Source of the DNA: Bilabrum cf. latius
Taxonomy: Eukaryota
NCBI GenBank assembly: GCA_965178125.1
Contig: OZ237751.1
Span: forward strand, 1,054,001-1,118,000
Length of the DNA stretch: 64,000 nucleotides
Direction of reading: 5' to 3'
Shown: positions 36,401 through 49,129 of the stretch, piece by piece
Numbering within the stretch: the first letter of the stretch is position 1
Layout of the letters: every line of letters starts with the position of its first letter
The notes under the pieces: generated by a model
Seen by the model: only the letters and a program-made list of their open reading frames with translations
What the model was told of the DNA's origin: nothing
Database searches by the model: none
Program-made: the position numbers and the translations under genes

Positions 36401-39400
36401 TGGTACCGCTCAACCGGTTCCCGCTCGTTGTGCGCACGTACTCGCACAACCGGATCCTGGCGTACACCACGGAGCAATCCGGCACGGTGCGGGTGTCGGT
36501 CAGCAACACGTTGCCAGTGGAGCTGCTGGACCCTGGCATGGACGAGGGCCGCGGCATGCAGGCGGACGTGATGGAACAACGCTCCTCGGAGGGCTCCTGG
36601 ACCAACCTGGCGCCCAACATCGCGGGCCTGCAAGGAGCCACGACTGGGCTGCCCACCAGGGGGCAGAGCGCGCAGGATGGTTCCCCGTCCGAGGGTAACG
36701 GCTTGACTGTGACGGTGGATGGACTCGAAACCACCAAGCGGGTGCGCATCCTGGCGGGGGCCTCCGCTGATGAGGCCGTGCCATGCCGCGTGTGGTCGCT
36801 GCTCAACGAGGAGTGGATGGTGCTGGGTGCCACTGATGACGAGCAGTACGATGCGGTTCAGCGAGAGGTGATCGACGTCATCGATGGAAACCTGGCTCAG
36901 GGCGAGCAGGCCGTGTATCAGCTGACATTCTTGGTGCCCGAGGCTCCTGCAACGGCCAGTCGACTGGACGATATGCGCATATTCGTGGACCGGGAGGGTA
37001 CTTTGTCGTCGGGTGACCAGTCGTTTGGATATGCGCAGCCCTACGTGGCAGCCGTGGACGTTTGGCGGCCACCTGCATTCGTGGCGGGGACGAGCTATCC
37101 TACCACTCCCAATGCCCCCGAGGCGCATTGGGCCCGAAGCATGGTGGCAGGAGACTCGGCGATCGTGTCCGTGCCAACGAAAGGCGGCTGGGTGCGGGTA
37201 CGGGGCCAGGATCTCACACTATGCCCGCTGCTACGAGTGGCTGATGGCGCGTTATACACGTGTGATGACGGCATTACCTCCCACGGACATCCGGCGGGAG
37301 CAGTGGCAACCGGGCGCTTGCCCTGCAACTCCGGCGCCCCTGGTCTAACCGCACCGTCGCTGCACGAGTGCTTCATCTCGCCCGTACCGGAGGGAGAGGG
37401 AGACGGCTTGCAGTACAACGACACGTCGACGGGCTTCATGCTGGACGTCGAGGCGGGCAGGCAGTCAATGCTGCTGGCCGAGGACCTTGAAGACGTCGAG
37501 GCCGCCGGTGTCACAGATGGAGCGGGGGGGATCGTGCCCAGGAGGCCTGGCGACGGTCTCACCGCCGTGCGGCTGGCCAATTTGGTCCGTGCCCAGCTTC
37601 ATTACACGCATGATATGCCCACAGTGCGGCAAATCACGCCTGTGCAGGGGCCTGCCGTGCCCACTGCGGGTGGGGTCCGCATGCTTGTGCTGGGCGACAA
37701 CTTCGGCGTCACGTCTCCAGCCCGCGAGCCGCAGATGATGTCGATCCCTGGGTTTATCCAGGTACATGTTGCGGTGCCAAGCAACCGATTTGGGGCACCC
37801 GAGGTGTATGGTCGGCCTTCCGAGTGGGTGCACTGCACGAATGCGACAAGGCTTGACCACGAGCGTATCGAGTGCAACCTGCCCGAGGGTGCGGGTCAGG
37901 GTCTGCCCGTGAGGGTGTTGGCTGCGGGGCTGCAAGGCGAGCAGGACGGGCTGCTGTCCTATGATCCTCCGGTGGTGACTGGGCTTGCCCTGCATGGTTT
38001 CTCGCCTGCTTTCTTGCAGGCGATCAGCGACCCCACCCGCATGCAGCTGCCAAGGACCACCACCACGGCGAGCGAGGCAGACCCAACGGGCCTGCTGCAG
38101 ACGGCTGCAGTGTTCGCCGACCCAACGTTGCAGGTCCAGGTAACCAATGCCTCAGTGCGCTTCTTACTGGGCCCCGTGGTGCTGCATTCGACAGACGACA
38201 CCCAGCTGCAGCTCGGGGGGGTTCCCACGTGGGGCGCGCGGCCGGGGCTCGTGAGAGCCGACCCCTCGCATCCCGCGGCAGCGCACGTCACTCTGTATGG
38301 ACGGAACCTAGGCCGGCGCGGCGCCGTGGGAGACCCTCGCCTCTGTGTGTTTGCCTCATGGATCCACCGTGCCGCCGACTCTGAGCTGAACTGCGATGGG
38401 GTGGAGAGCTTCCCCGGCGAGGGCGAGGTGCCCCAGGCCCGCGTGGTGGTGCACACACACGACCGCATCACGTTTGAGCTGCCCGAAGGTGCGGGCTAGC
38501 GTGACATTGACGTGTCTATTGGCGGGCGACAGCTGGTGCAGGCTGCGCTATCGCAGCCCCGCCTCATGTACGGTGCGCCCCTCATCGGCACAGTCAGTCC
38601 CCTGAGCCCAGCCAGCGGACCGACCACGGGAGGCTACGAGGTGACGCTCAGGGGATCCAACTTTGGCCCCAAGCAGCGCAACACCTCCATCCCTCGATTG
38701 GCTCTGGATGTACAGGGCGCCGTCCTTGTGCCACCACTGCCACTTGCCGAAGCCCCAGGCATGCCCACCGAGTACCTGGTGTTGTCTTTCTACCGCAGCT
38801 GCATCACGGATGCGCGGTCCCCGGAGGGCATCCGTCCGTAGACCGGCAGAACCGCTGGCTGCAAGTACGAGCTGGTAGATCGCGACCACGATTTCGTGAC
38901 TTTCCGAGTGCCTGAAGGCATCGGAGCGTCCCGGGATGTGGCCGTGGAGGTGATGGACGCCGCTGTTGCCATGGGCACCGTTCCCCAGGGCCAGGAAGAG
39001 GGGTACTACGGATACACGGGTATGCAGCGGGCGGAGAGTCCAGGCGCTTTCTCGTACGATACACCTACTGTAGATCGCACGGATCCTGCGCGCGTGTACA
39101 TGGGTGCCCAAGGGCTTCTGGAGGACTACAGAGGGGCGCTGCAGGCGGCTCGTGCTCGCATGCTGGAGCTTGGCGCTGAGGAGGACGAAGCACGCGTGGG
39201 CGACGTCAGCGATGCCATCAGGCTGGAAGCACAGTCTCCGTTGCGGCAATTCATCAACAGCGGGGCCTTGGCTTGGGGAGACGAGCTGGAGGCGCTGCGT
39301 GCTGCTCGTCAGCCCACGGATCCTCCGATCGAGGGGCCTTCCAAGAAGGTCTTCCTCTTCGGTCGCAACTACGGCAACCCCGCGCTGGCGGTGGAGCAGG

Positions 39401-42099
39401 AGTGGACGGAGGAGGAGCTCAGAGTTGCAGTGGCAGTGGGCGGCATCGACTGCATGACCGCTCAAAGAGGCCGCAGTGCCGTCACGGATGATCCGAGCGA
39501 GGACCCGGCGTCCACGCAGGTGGAGTGCGAGATCGAGGCGCTCACAGTGGGGTACAAGAACGTGACGCTTGACATTGCGGGGCAGCAGGGGCAGCTTGCG
39601 GCAAGGACGGGGACTAGTGGCGTGCACTTTGTGTGCGCTCCAGGGTCTTTCGGAACGGACGGCAGGTTCTGCCTCCCGTGCCCCGTGGGTGCAGACTGCA
39701 GCGGCTACGATACCGACCTGCGCGAGTCCACGGTGCCCCGGCCGCAGACGGGCTTCTTCAACCTCAACTCGTCTGACCCCGTATCCGGTGACATGACCGA
39801 CGCCGAGTGCCCCGAGAGGAGGCAAGTGCCCACCAGGGACGTGTGCGTGGTGGCGTGCGAGCCGCAGTGGGCATGCACCGGCGACAACTTCTGCGCCATC
39901 GGGTATGCCAGCAAGGCGCCCATGTACAGGTGTAGCAGCTGCGCAGATGGCTTCTACCGGCGAGCGACGGAGTGCGTTAAATGCCCTGACAACCCATGGA
40001 TCCTAATTGTGGCCTTCGCTGTGCTGGCCGTGGGCGCATGTGGCTTCGGGTTCTGGCTGAACCAGTCCAAGATCAACATCGCACTGATTGCCATCGGCGT
40101 GGACTACTTCCAGGTGCTCGCCATCTTTGCTAACGCTCGAGTGCAGTGGCCCCCGTTGCTCAAAGACATGTTCCACATCCTGTCCGCCTTCAACCTCAAC
40201 CTCGAGATCACGGCCCCCGAGTGTACGGTGCCCGACTTGCAGTACATGACCAAGTGGTTCTTCATAATCCTCCTGCCCGTTGCCGCCATGGTTATGGTAC
40301 TGCTCACGTACCTGCTTGGCATGGTGTACGTGTGCGCCAAGAGCGGCAGGTGCAAGCAGCCCAAGGACAAGACCAAGGACGAGCTGGCTCCGCTGGTGGC
40401 GGGCGCCATCGTGCTGAGCCTGTTTCTGTACCTAGTCACCACGCGGTCTATCCTGGACGTGTTCAACTGCATTCCCACCAGTCCCCCCGATGGCCAGCTG
40501 TACATGCAGGCCGTGTTTGAGCCTTGCGGGCAGAAGGGTGGCGTGCAGCAAACCCTACTGCCTTTCGCAATCATTGCGCTGGGCGTGTACACGATCGGGT
40601 TCCCCACGTGGGTGGGCTTCATGCTGGTAACGAGCCGCAAGACGATGCTGCTGGACCAGCTGATGCGTGCCATCGGCAAGGGTAACGACATCAATATCGA
40701 TTGGCCCAAGGACGTGCAGGATGCGTGCCAGTTCAGGCAGCGGTACCAACGTCTGTACTACTACTTCAAGCCCGAGTACTACTGGTGGATCGTGACCATC
40801 CTGGCGCGCAAGGCCCTGATTGCCTTCTGCTCGCTCTTCTTCAACACCAACGCGTCCTTCTAGATGGCCGCCGTTAACATGGTGCTGTTCTTGTGTTACA
40901 CGGCCCAGGTGCGCTTCAACCCGTACATGCCGCCCGCCGACTACGCCGAGGTCATCACTGGCTGGGCCCAGAGCGCGCTGGACTCAAGCGCAAAGGACGC
41001 GCGCACCCCAAGCCGTTTGGCGGTCAAGGACATCGAGCAGGCCGCCAGAACCAGGAGCGACCAGGCCGGGGCGGCAACCTCGAGCGCAGCCGGGTCGGTG
41101 ATCCGAGACTCTGCCGGCCGGGCCGTGACCTCACGAGACGTGCACGGCGAGCTGTGGTTCAAGATCCGGGAGGTGATCACCTCGTTGGACAGGAGGGACC
41201 AGCGAAGATTCGGTACCACGATGGACAGCGCCACGACGGGCGGGAGACAAGCAAAGCAGACGGCCATTGGCGGGCTGGGCACAAGCATCGGGGTACTGGG
41301 CAACTCGCTGATGAACTGGAACACAGTTGAGACGCTTCTGCTCTTCTGCGCCATCATGGTGACGCTGGGTGGCATCATGCTCGAGTCAGGTAGGCTGGAT
41401 CAGGAGGGCGCCGAGGGCCAGCGGGACGCTCTGACTATCCTGCTGATGCTGGTAATCATGGTGTCCATCGTGTACTACTTCACTGTGCTCTTCACCGAGG
41501 TGTACGTGCTAGTGACGGACGCCCAGGACCGCAAGGCAGCGCAGATCCAGAAGGCGGCCAAGCTAAGGAAGAAGGGCGTGGCGGGCGGTGCTTCTGCACC
41601 CAGCGCTTCCGGCGTCATGGAGGAGGTCGAGATCGATACGTCTGGCATGCAGCACCAGAGCAACCCGGCCTTTGCCTCTCAGAAGGGCAGAGAGTCCGAG
41701 GCGGGGAGCCAGGCTATGGCGGGGCAGATCAAGGAGATCACAGGGCTGGAGAACATGGACAAGGAGACGTGGACACGGCTGCGGCCCCAGCTGGAGGATT
41801 TCGCCGGCAGGTTCGGCGAGATGAAGGAAGAGATTGACGCCCTCAAGAAGGACCTCTCCAGGGCCCACGCCAGTGGTGGCAGCGGTGGAGTGGGAAGTCG
41901 CAGAGGGACGCTCACCGGGGTTGCTGGTGGGATGAGTGGCAGCGGCATGGCGGCCAATCCCATGCAGGCTTTGAGCGGCGGGTCACGGAGGTCATTTGGG
42001 CCTCGTGGCACAGGGGGTGGCATGGGAGGGAGGAGAGCGAGCAAGGGGCTGCTGGCGGCTTAGCGAAGGGCCTCCCTGAAAGGGATCGGGAAGGAATGA
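27498..42099 (+). CDS. Giant (~4,747 aa) cell-surface receptor/adhesion protein, copy 2. Exons 27498-27699, 27824-27985, 28220-42099
   Basis: Paralog of 9618-24221. Single frame interrupted only by TAG at 30013, 30949, 32368, 34723, 35494, 35605, 38497, 38839, 40861 and 42061. Ends at TGA 42097-42099, the position homologous to the copy 1 stop. Confidence 0.92.
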
Positions 42100-43049
42100 T
42101 GGAAGCAAGGCTGGGCTGGGACCCGATTACACAAGGTTTCTTTCTGAGCGGCGCTGCGCCTGAAGGTGCTGCAAAGCGACCCTGAATGTCCTCTGACTTT
42201 GATTCAAACTGATCGAATCTCCCACCGCCTTGGATCGGATGGAGGACGGATCGCGTAATCGGCCCTCTCTTGCGGAAGATTGAGGCGGGCGGAGCGATCG
42301 GCAGTCCCCATCCCTGATCCACGGACTGGGGATAGGTCAGCTGTCAGGAGTGTGTGCTTGACAACATTGCTTGTGCTACATATTTTTTTGGTTCATTGAA
42401 TCTTATTCAGTGACACAACGGCTGTGCACGCCACGCATTCGAGATTCGAACACAGCCCCTCATCCTTGACTTGTGCTGGTCCAGGTTGGGGCCAGCCGGC
42501 CCCTGCGTCTGGCTGTGGCATACCCATTTTGGGGAGGACGGCAACAGGGATTGATGAGAGCGCCCTCTGCCGCCGACAACTTGCCCATCTCCGGCCACCC
42601 GACCTCCCTGGCATCGCCCGCCCTCTCCGTCCATTTGTCATGATCATCATGACTCATCGGATGCTTGAAGAGGTCGCTGCATTCTGGCAGGTCACGGTGC
42701 TGCGCCACTCCCAACGATGCTGCTACGGATCGACTCTCGCCCTGCTTGCCACCAAGGTGCTGTGGAGGGCCATCTCAGCCCACTGGCAGCTGGTGCATGA
42801 TGAGGCGTGGTTGCCAACTGGCAGTGCCACCGTAACCGCCACCCACTGGCAGCGGCAGTGGCACGGCCGGGCACTGGATCGGATCGTATGCCTTACACAG
42901 CATCACCATGGATGATCTTCACATGCTGAACATAGCACATCTGCAGAAAATGTGAAAAAATCATTGAAAATACTAATCTAGGATGCTACTGGCCGGCAGG
43001 AAGCTGAATCCGACGACGTCCCAATGATGTAAATATCGGTGCGAATGGC

Positions 43050-45676
43050 TCACTGTGGCACCGCAAGAGTTTTCAGCCACCGCGGGGGCCAGCAATATAA
43101 TGAATTTTTTCTCGCGTCCATTTGGTGAACTCGTCCTTGCGAAAGAATTTACGCCGAGTGCAAGCGCAATATCACAACCAATTGCTGTAGCACGCAACTC
43201 TGCATTGCTCGCAAAGTACGCTGGCGGGCACCTATACGGACCTGAATGGGGCATTCAATCTGGGTATCGCGAGCATATGCGTGTATGCTTGCCTTACAAG
43301 AGGCATTGTGCTCGACGTGGTGATGATGAGGATCCAGGCACCAGTGCCAGAGGAAGTGCAAGTAGCGCTGGACTCGCGCTCGCATCTAGTGCGTCGGACC
43401 TTAGCGATGATTAGCTTATCGCTGCACCCGCTGAAAATACTCGACTTCATGTCAATCGGCCGGACGATGAGCGCATTTTGGTCGCGTCGGCCGCCGGGCA
43501 ACAGGCCGACAGCTCTCTCGGGTTCACGTGCAGGCACGGAGCCTCGTGGCCGCTGGTGACACACGCAGCGAACGTCCGGTGCGTGCTCGGAGCCTCAGCT
43601 CGGGAGGGGGAGGAGCCACTGCCAGTGGTTCCGGAGGACCCTGCCCTCGCTTATGCATCGCTTCGCATGCACCGCTCTAGCCTCGTGCAGACATTTCCCC
43701 CTCTCATGGTGGGTATCGGCAACCAGATGTCCTTTGCCGGAGATGCTCAAGGAGATTCTATTCGAAATTTGTTGCATCCTAGCAAAGGCGCGAATCTGGA
43801 CGCGCTGCTGGAGGGTCGCAGCAAGGTGGGGGGCAAGACGGTGACTAACGTGGAGAGGTGGGGGAAGGACATCTCCTCTATCGAGGCGGCGGGGGTCGGG
43901 AACATGTACCAGCTCGTATCGGCCTATTCGCTGGCCTTCACCATCTGGCATTGTGACGTGCACTCATCGCAGCTGGATTGCTCGGCAGAGGCGGAGAGGC
44001 AAATGGTGACGGAGCACATCGGGCCAGCGATCGTGGCGCACTAGAGGGTCGAGACTCTAGAGTTCGCGAGGTTTAAGAACCTGATCGAATCTGTGAGGGG
44101 CGGGGGCCACCTACTGCACTCGGCATCCAAGATTTTCGCGGCTTGGTGGCAAGGAGCCCCCCGGGGACTCGGCTATCCCAAGCGACGAGAAGCATCGCCT
44201 GCCATGTACAGGTTCATCCGCAGCGTCTCAGACGTGCTGGACTCATGCAACATGGCGACCTATGCGCTGGCAGAGGCCGCCCTCACCCGAACTGAGAGGG
44301 ATCTGCTGGAAAAGAGGCTGATTCAGCCCATGTACAACGAGGTTCTTCAGGTCCTGAGCTTCTCCTCAGACTTTGACGCATGCGAGCGACCTCTCCTGTA
44401 CGACTTCACCGCAGGCACAGAAGAGGCCTTCGGGTTGGGGCCTGAGCCAGAGCTCACACCGGATGCACAAGCAGCCTGCGACTGGGTCAGCCCAGAGGAA
44501 GGCACTGCGCTTCCGCTGTCCACACACTTCGACTACGCGCACGCAGTCAGGCTGCTGTATGGGGCCCAGCAGAACTGCATCGTGAGGTCAGTGCGGGCCA
44601 TGCAGGGGTCCGTCCGGGCAGGCACCAAGACGAAGGGCGACATGGCGGCCCTAAGCAAAAAGACCTGGATGCCTGAGTGGCTGGATGCCATCATGATTGC
44701 CGCCATCCAGACGATCGAGCACCCCAGCGTGCTGACTGCGTCTGCGACGGGGCGGCTGATGGCCCATTGTCTCCAGCGCATCCCGTCCAAGATAATCGAG
44801 AGAAACAAGGAGGAATTAATCGCAAGGATGTGTGAGACAGTGAGTCACCGTGGCACTCCCGATTGTATCCTAAAGCTGGCTCTGCAGCTCCCATTCCAGC
44901 GAATGTGGGACCATTGCAGCAGCCGCGAAGATGAGCCAATGGGTGTGGTTGAAGGAACAAATCTGATCTGTAGTCTAGGTTCACGTTCTACAATGGTGTG
45001 TGGCGCATGCCAGAGACACACCGGAGGGAGAGTGTGCAGCACAGGAGCTGAAGGAGCACTTTGATGCTCGGGGGGAGTCCTATAGCTGGCTCGAGCCAAT
45101 TGCTGATGGAGGAGGATCCACAAGCAGTGCCGGTGATGGAGCCACCGGTGCTGCAGCTGAACCGCATGACCCCCTGAAGCTGGAGGGTGTCCGCACACTC
45201 GGGCCCAAGGACAAAGCAAGAGCAGAAGCTGCCTCAGAAGATGCTTCAAGCGGCTCTGCGGGGATCGTGTCAGGTGGCGGGATGGCCTTTCGCCGGCCAG
45301 ACGCACTTTCTCAGCTCCTGTCCATGCCGATCTGTGCTGTTGAGGCGCAGCCTTGGGTTGCTGCCATCGAGATGCAGGCAGTCCTCATGCTCCGAGGCTT
45401 CCAACAGCCCGAGGTTGTGCCGATTCCCAGAGTGGTGCGCATGCTCTTCCACTCAGGTCGCACTTGGCCTAGAGTGGCCCCGCGCCTGCCAGCCTCGTAC
45501 AACCCCATCGGGCTGCCCGACCTGGGGACGGATGGCATGAAGCGGATCGGCGCTCGCCCTGCTTTCTACAGAGGCGCTGTAGAGGGCCAGCTGGTGCATG
45601 ACGATGAGACGGTGGGGCGTGCCCTGGAGGTCTTGGATGGACTGTACATGGCGCAACGCCGGCTGTAGCTGCTGCG
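43050..45676 (+). CDS. Uncharacterised protein gene (longest member of the family), probably spliced, 3'-truncated at the subtelomeric junction; may be a pseudogene
   Basis: ORFs 43478-44044 and 44093-45064 are in frame across TAG 44042. Further coding-like ORFs at 43281-43559 and 45000-45668. No recognisable domain. Exon boundaries and start not resolved. Confidence 0.45.
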
Positions 45677-45861
45677 ATTTCGGAGGTGCTCTGTTGCAGG
45701 CTCAGCTTGAGAGGATCGCCTTCAAGATGATGATCCAATGGGAATCTCACTAAGTGTATACTGAAATTCAGTAACTGAATATGAGCCAGTGTACCCCAAT
45801 GCAGGTCCGAATCCGAAACGATCACATGCCAACCATCCGGATACGTTGCAACCACGTCTTC

Positions 45862-46191
45862 CACACTCACCCACTGGACATCCGTCGCCCTTACCCGAAG
45901 CCTCCACATTCACCCACTGGACATCCGCCGCCCTTACCCGAAGCCTCCACATTCACCCACTGGACATCCGCCGCCCTTACCCGAAGCCTCCACATTCACC
46001 CACTGGACATCCGCCGCCCTTACCTGAAGCCTCCACATTCACCCACTGGACATCCGCCGCCCTTACCCGAAGCCTCCACATTCACCCACTGGACATCCGC
46101 CGCCCTTACCCGAAGCCTCCACATTCACCCACTGGACATCCGCCGCCCTTACCCGAAGCCTCCACATTCACCCACTGGACATCCGCCGCCC
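45862..46191. repeat. 43-bp subtelomeric minisatellite, ~7.7 copies (CACCCACTGGACATCCGCCGCCCTTACCCGAAGCCTCCACATT)
   Basis: CCACTGGA recurs at 45871, 45914 and onward with period 43. Confidence 0.95.
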
Positions 46192-46213
46192 TAAGGGTAA
46201 CACTAACCCCTTT

Positions 46214-46777
46214 TTAGGGTTAGGGTTAGGGTTAGGGTTAGGGTTAGGGTTAGGGTTAGGGTTAGGGTTAGGGTTAGGGTTAGGGTTAGGGTTAGGGTTA
46301 GGGTTAGGGTTAGGGTTAGGGTTAGGGTTAGGGTTAGGGTTAGGGTTAGGGTTAGGGTTAGGGTTAGGGTTAGGGTTAGGGTTAGGGTTAGGGTTAGGGT
46401 TAGGGTTAGGGTTAGGGTTAGGGTTAGGGTTAGGGTTAGGGTTAGGGTTAGGGTTAGGGTTAGGGTTAGGGTTAGGGTTAGGGTTAGGGTTAGGGTTAGG
46501 GTTAGGGTTAGGGTTAGGGTTAGGGTTAGGGTTAGGGTTAGGGTTAGGGTTAGGGTTAGGGTTAGGGTTAGGGTTAGGGTTAGGGTTAGGGTTAGGGTTA
46601 GGGTTAGGGTTAGGGTTAGGGTTAGGGTTAGGGTTAGGGTTAGGGTTAGGGTTAGGGTTAGGGTTAGGGTTAGGGTTAGGGTTAGGGTTAGGGTTAGGGT
46701 TAGGGTTAGGGTTAGGGTTAGGGTTAGGGTTAGGGTTAGGGTTAGGGTTAGGGTTAGGGTTAGGGTTAGGGTTAGGG
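46214..46777 (+). repeat. First (TTAGGG)n telomeric tract, ~94 units
   Basis: Perfect TTAGGG repeat, G-rich strand on +, pointing to a chromosome end on the right. Confidence 0.99.
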
Positions 46778-47553
46778 TATCTAATATAAAGTCAGGGACA
46801 GGGTCGGGGAAAAAATATTTTCATCTTCAATATTTGTCGAAAAACGACGTGCTACGATCTCGGCAACTACAGGTGATATGAAGACCGTTCAAACTGCATC
46901 GGGACGGCCTGGGGGCACAACATGGGCCAAATGTTCCCCAGGTTCCGTTCTGGCCGCGCGGCGCCGATATGGGTGTATGAAGAATTTCACACCGAAAAAC
47001 GACGTGCTACGATCTCGGCAACTACAGGTGATATGAAGACCGTTCAAACTGCATCGGGACGGCCTGGGGGCACAACATGGGCCAAATGTTCCCCAGGTTC
47101 CGTTCTGGCCGCGCGGCGCCGATATGGGTGTATGAAGAATTTCACACCGAAAAACGACGTGCTACGATCTCGGCAACTACAGGTGATATGAAGACCGTTC
47201 AAACTGCATCGGGACGGCCTGGGGGCACAACATGGGCCAAATGTTCCCCAGGTTCCGTTCTGGCCGCGCGGCGCCGATATGGGTGTATGAAGAATTTCAC
47301 ACCGAAAAACGACGTGCTACGATCTCGGCAACTACAGGTGATATGAAGACCGTTCAAACTGCATCGGGACGGCCTGGGGGCACAACATGGGCCAAATGTT
47401 CCCCAGGTTCCGTTCTGACCGCGCGGCGCCGATATGGGTGTATGAAGAATTTCACACCGAAAAACGACGTGCTACGATCTCGGCAACTACAGGTGATATG
47501 AAGACCGTTCAAACTGCATCGGGACGGCCTGGGTGCATAACATGGGCCAAATG
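46778..47553 (-). mobile_element. Telomere-associated element E1 (leader + ~4.5 type-A 155-bp repeats)
   Basis: Invariant leader after GGG, 155-bp period, distal end ATG|TTAGGTAGGGTTTAGGG. Mobility and strand are inferred from E6/E11. Confidence 0.65.
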
Positions 47554-47953
47554 TTAGGTAGGGTTTAGGGTTAGGGTTAGGTTAGGGTTAGGGTTAGGGT
47601 TAGGGTTAGGGTTAGGGTTAGGGTTAGGGTTAGGGTTAGGGTTAGGGTTAGGGTTAGGGTTAGGGTTAGGGTTAGGGTTAGGGTTAGGGTTAGGGTTAGG
47701 GTTAGGGTTAGGGTTAGGGTTAGGGTTAGGGTTAGGGTTAGGGTTAGGGTTAGGGTTAGGGTTAGGGTTAGGGTTAGGGTTAGGGTTAGGGTTAGGGTTA
47801 GGGTTAGGGTTAGGGTTAGGGTTAGGGTTAGGGTTAGGGTTAGGGTTAGGGTTAGGGTTAGGGTTAGGGTTAGGGTTAGGGTTAGGGTTAGGGTTAGGGT
47901 TAGGGTTAGGGTTAGGGTTAGGGTTAGGGTTAGGGTTAGGGTTAGGGTTAGGG

Positions 47954-48729
47954 TATCTAATATAAAGTCAGGGACAGGGTCGGGGAAAAAATATTTTCAT
48001 CTTCAATATTTGTCGAAAAACGACGTGCTACGATCTCGGCAACTACAGGTGATATGAAGACCGTTCAAACTGCATCGGGACGGCCTGGGGGCACAACATG
48101 GGCCAAATGTTCCCCAGGTTCCGTTCTGGCCGCGCGGCGCCGATATGGGTGTATGAAGAATTTCACACCGAAAAACGACGTGCTACGATCTCGGCAACTA
48201 CAGGTGATATGAAGACCGTTCAAACTGCATCGGGACGGCCTGGGGGCACAACATGGGCCAAATGTTCCCCAGGTTCCGTTCTGGCCGCGCGGCGCCGATA
48301 TGGGTGTATGAAGAATTTCACACCGAAAAACGACGTGCTACGATCTCGGCAACTACAGGTGATATGAAGACCGTTCAAACTGCATCGGGACGGCCTGGGG
48401 GCACAACATGGGCCAAATGTTCCCCAGGTTCCGTTCTGGCCGCGCGGCGCCGATATGGGTGTATGAAGAATTTCACACCGAAAAACGACGTGCTACGATC
48501 TCGGCAACTACAGGTGATATGAAGACCGTTCAAACTGCATCGGGACGGCCTGGGGGCACAACATGGGCCAAATGTTCCCCAGGTTCCGTTCTGACCGCGC
48601 GGCGCCGATATGGGTGTATGAAGAATTTCACACCGAAAAACGACGTGCTACGATCTCGGCAACTACAGGTGATATGAAGACCGTTCAAACTGCATCGGGA
48701 CGGCCTGGGTGCATAACATGGGCCAAATG
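47954..48729 (-). mobile_element. Element E2, copy of E1 (period 1176)
   Basis: Same variants (CTGACC in the 4th repeat, GGGTGCATAAC) and same junction as E1. Confidence 0.65.
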
Positions 48730-49129
48730 TTAGGTAGGGTTTAGGGTTAGGGTTAGGTTAGGGTTAGGGTTAGGGTTAGGGTTAGGGTTAGGGTTAGGGT
48801 TAGGGTTAGGGTTAGGGTTAGGGTTAGGGTTAGGGTTAGGGTTAGGGTTAGGGTTAGGGTTAGGGTTAGGGTTAGGGTTAGGGTTAGGGTTAGGGTTAGG
48901 GTTAGGGTTAGGGTTAGGGTTAGGGTTAGGGTTAGGGTTAGGGTTAGGGTTAGGGTTAGGGTTAGGGTTAGGGTTAGGGTTAGGGTTAGGGTTAGGGTTA
49001 GGGTTAGGGTTAGGGTTAGGGTTAGGGTTAGGGTTAGGGTTAGGGTTAGGGTTAGGGTTAGGGTTAGGGTTAGGGTTAGGGTTAGGGTTAGGGTTAGGGT
49101 TAGGGTTAGGGTTAGGGTTAGGGTTAGGG

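Larger units (their letters stand above)
26569..45676 (+). repeat. Tandem segmental duplication, unit 2 (~18.8 kb) plus the first ~280 bp of a third unit
   Basis: GGCTTCCAACAGCCCGAG recurs at 8881, 26569 and 45396. Identity to the earlier copies stops abruptly after 45676. Confidence 0.93.

Noticed and set aside
9618-42099. Giant genes as pseudogenes, or RIP-like CpA>TpA decay of duplicates
   Set aside because: Only TAG interruptions occur, with no TAA, TGA or frameshift. GC stays high, other differences are of many substitution types, six TAGs are shared and single-copy genes also carry TAG.
9618-42099. TAG as pyrrolysine or leaky readthrough
   Set aside because: Ten TAGs per gene would leave almost no full-length product under leaky readthrough. 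All swaps are with CAG, downstream contexts vary, and pyrrolysine is not known in eukaryotes.
45469-46217. ORFs over the 43-bp minisatellite and junction
   Set aside because: Repeat-derived or spanning a rearrangement junction, with no coding evidence.
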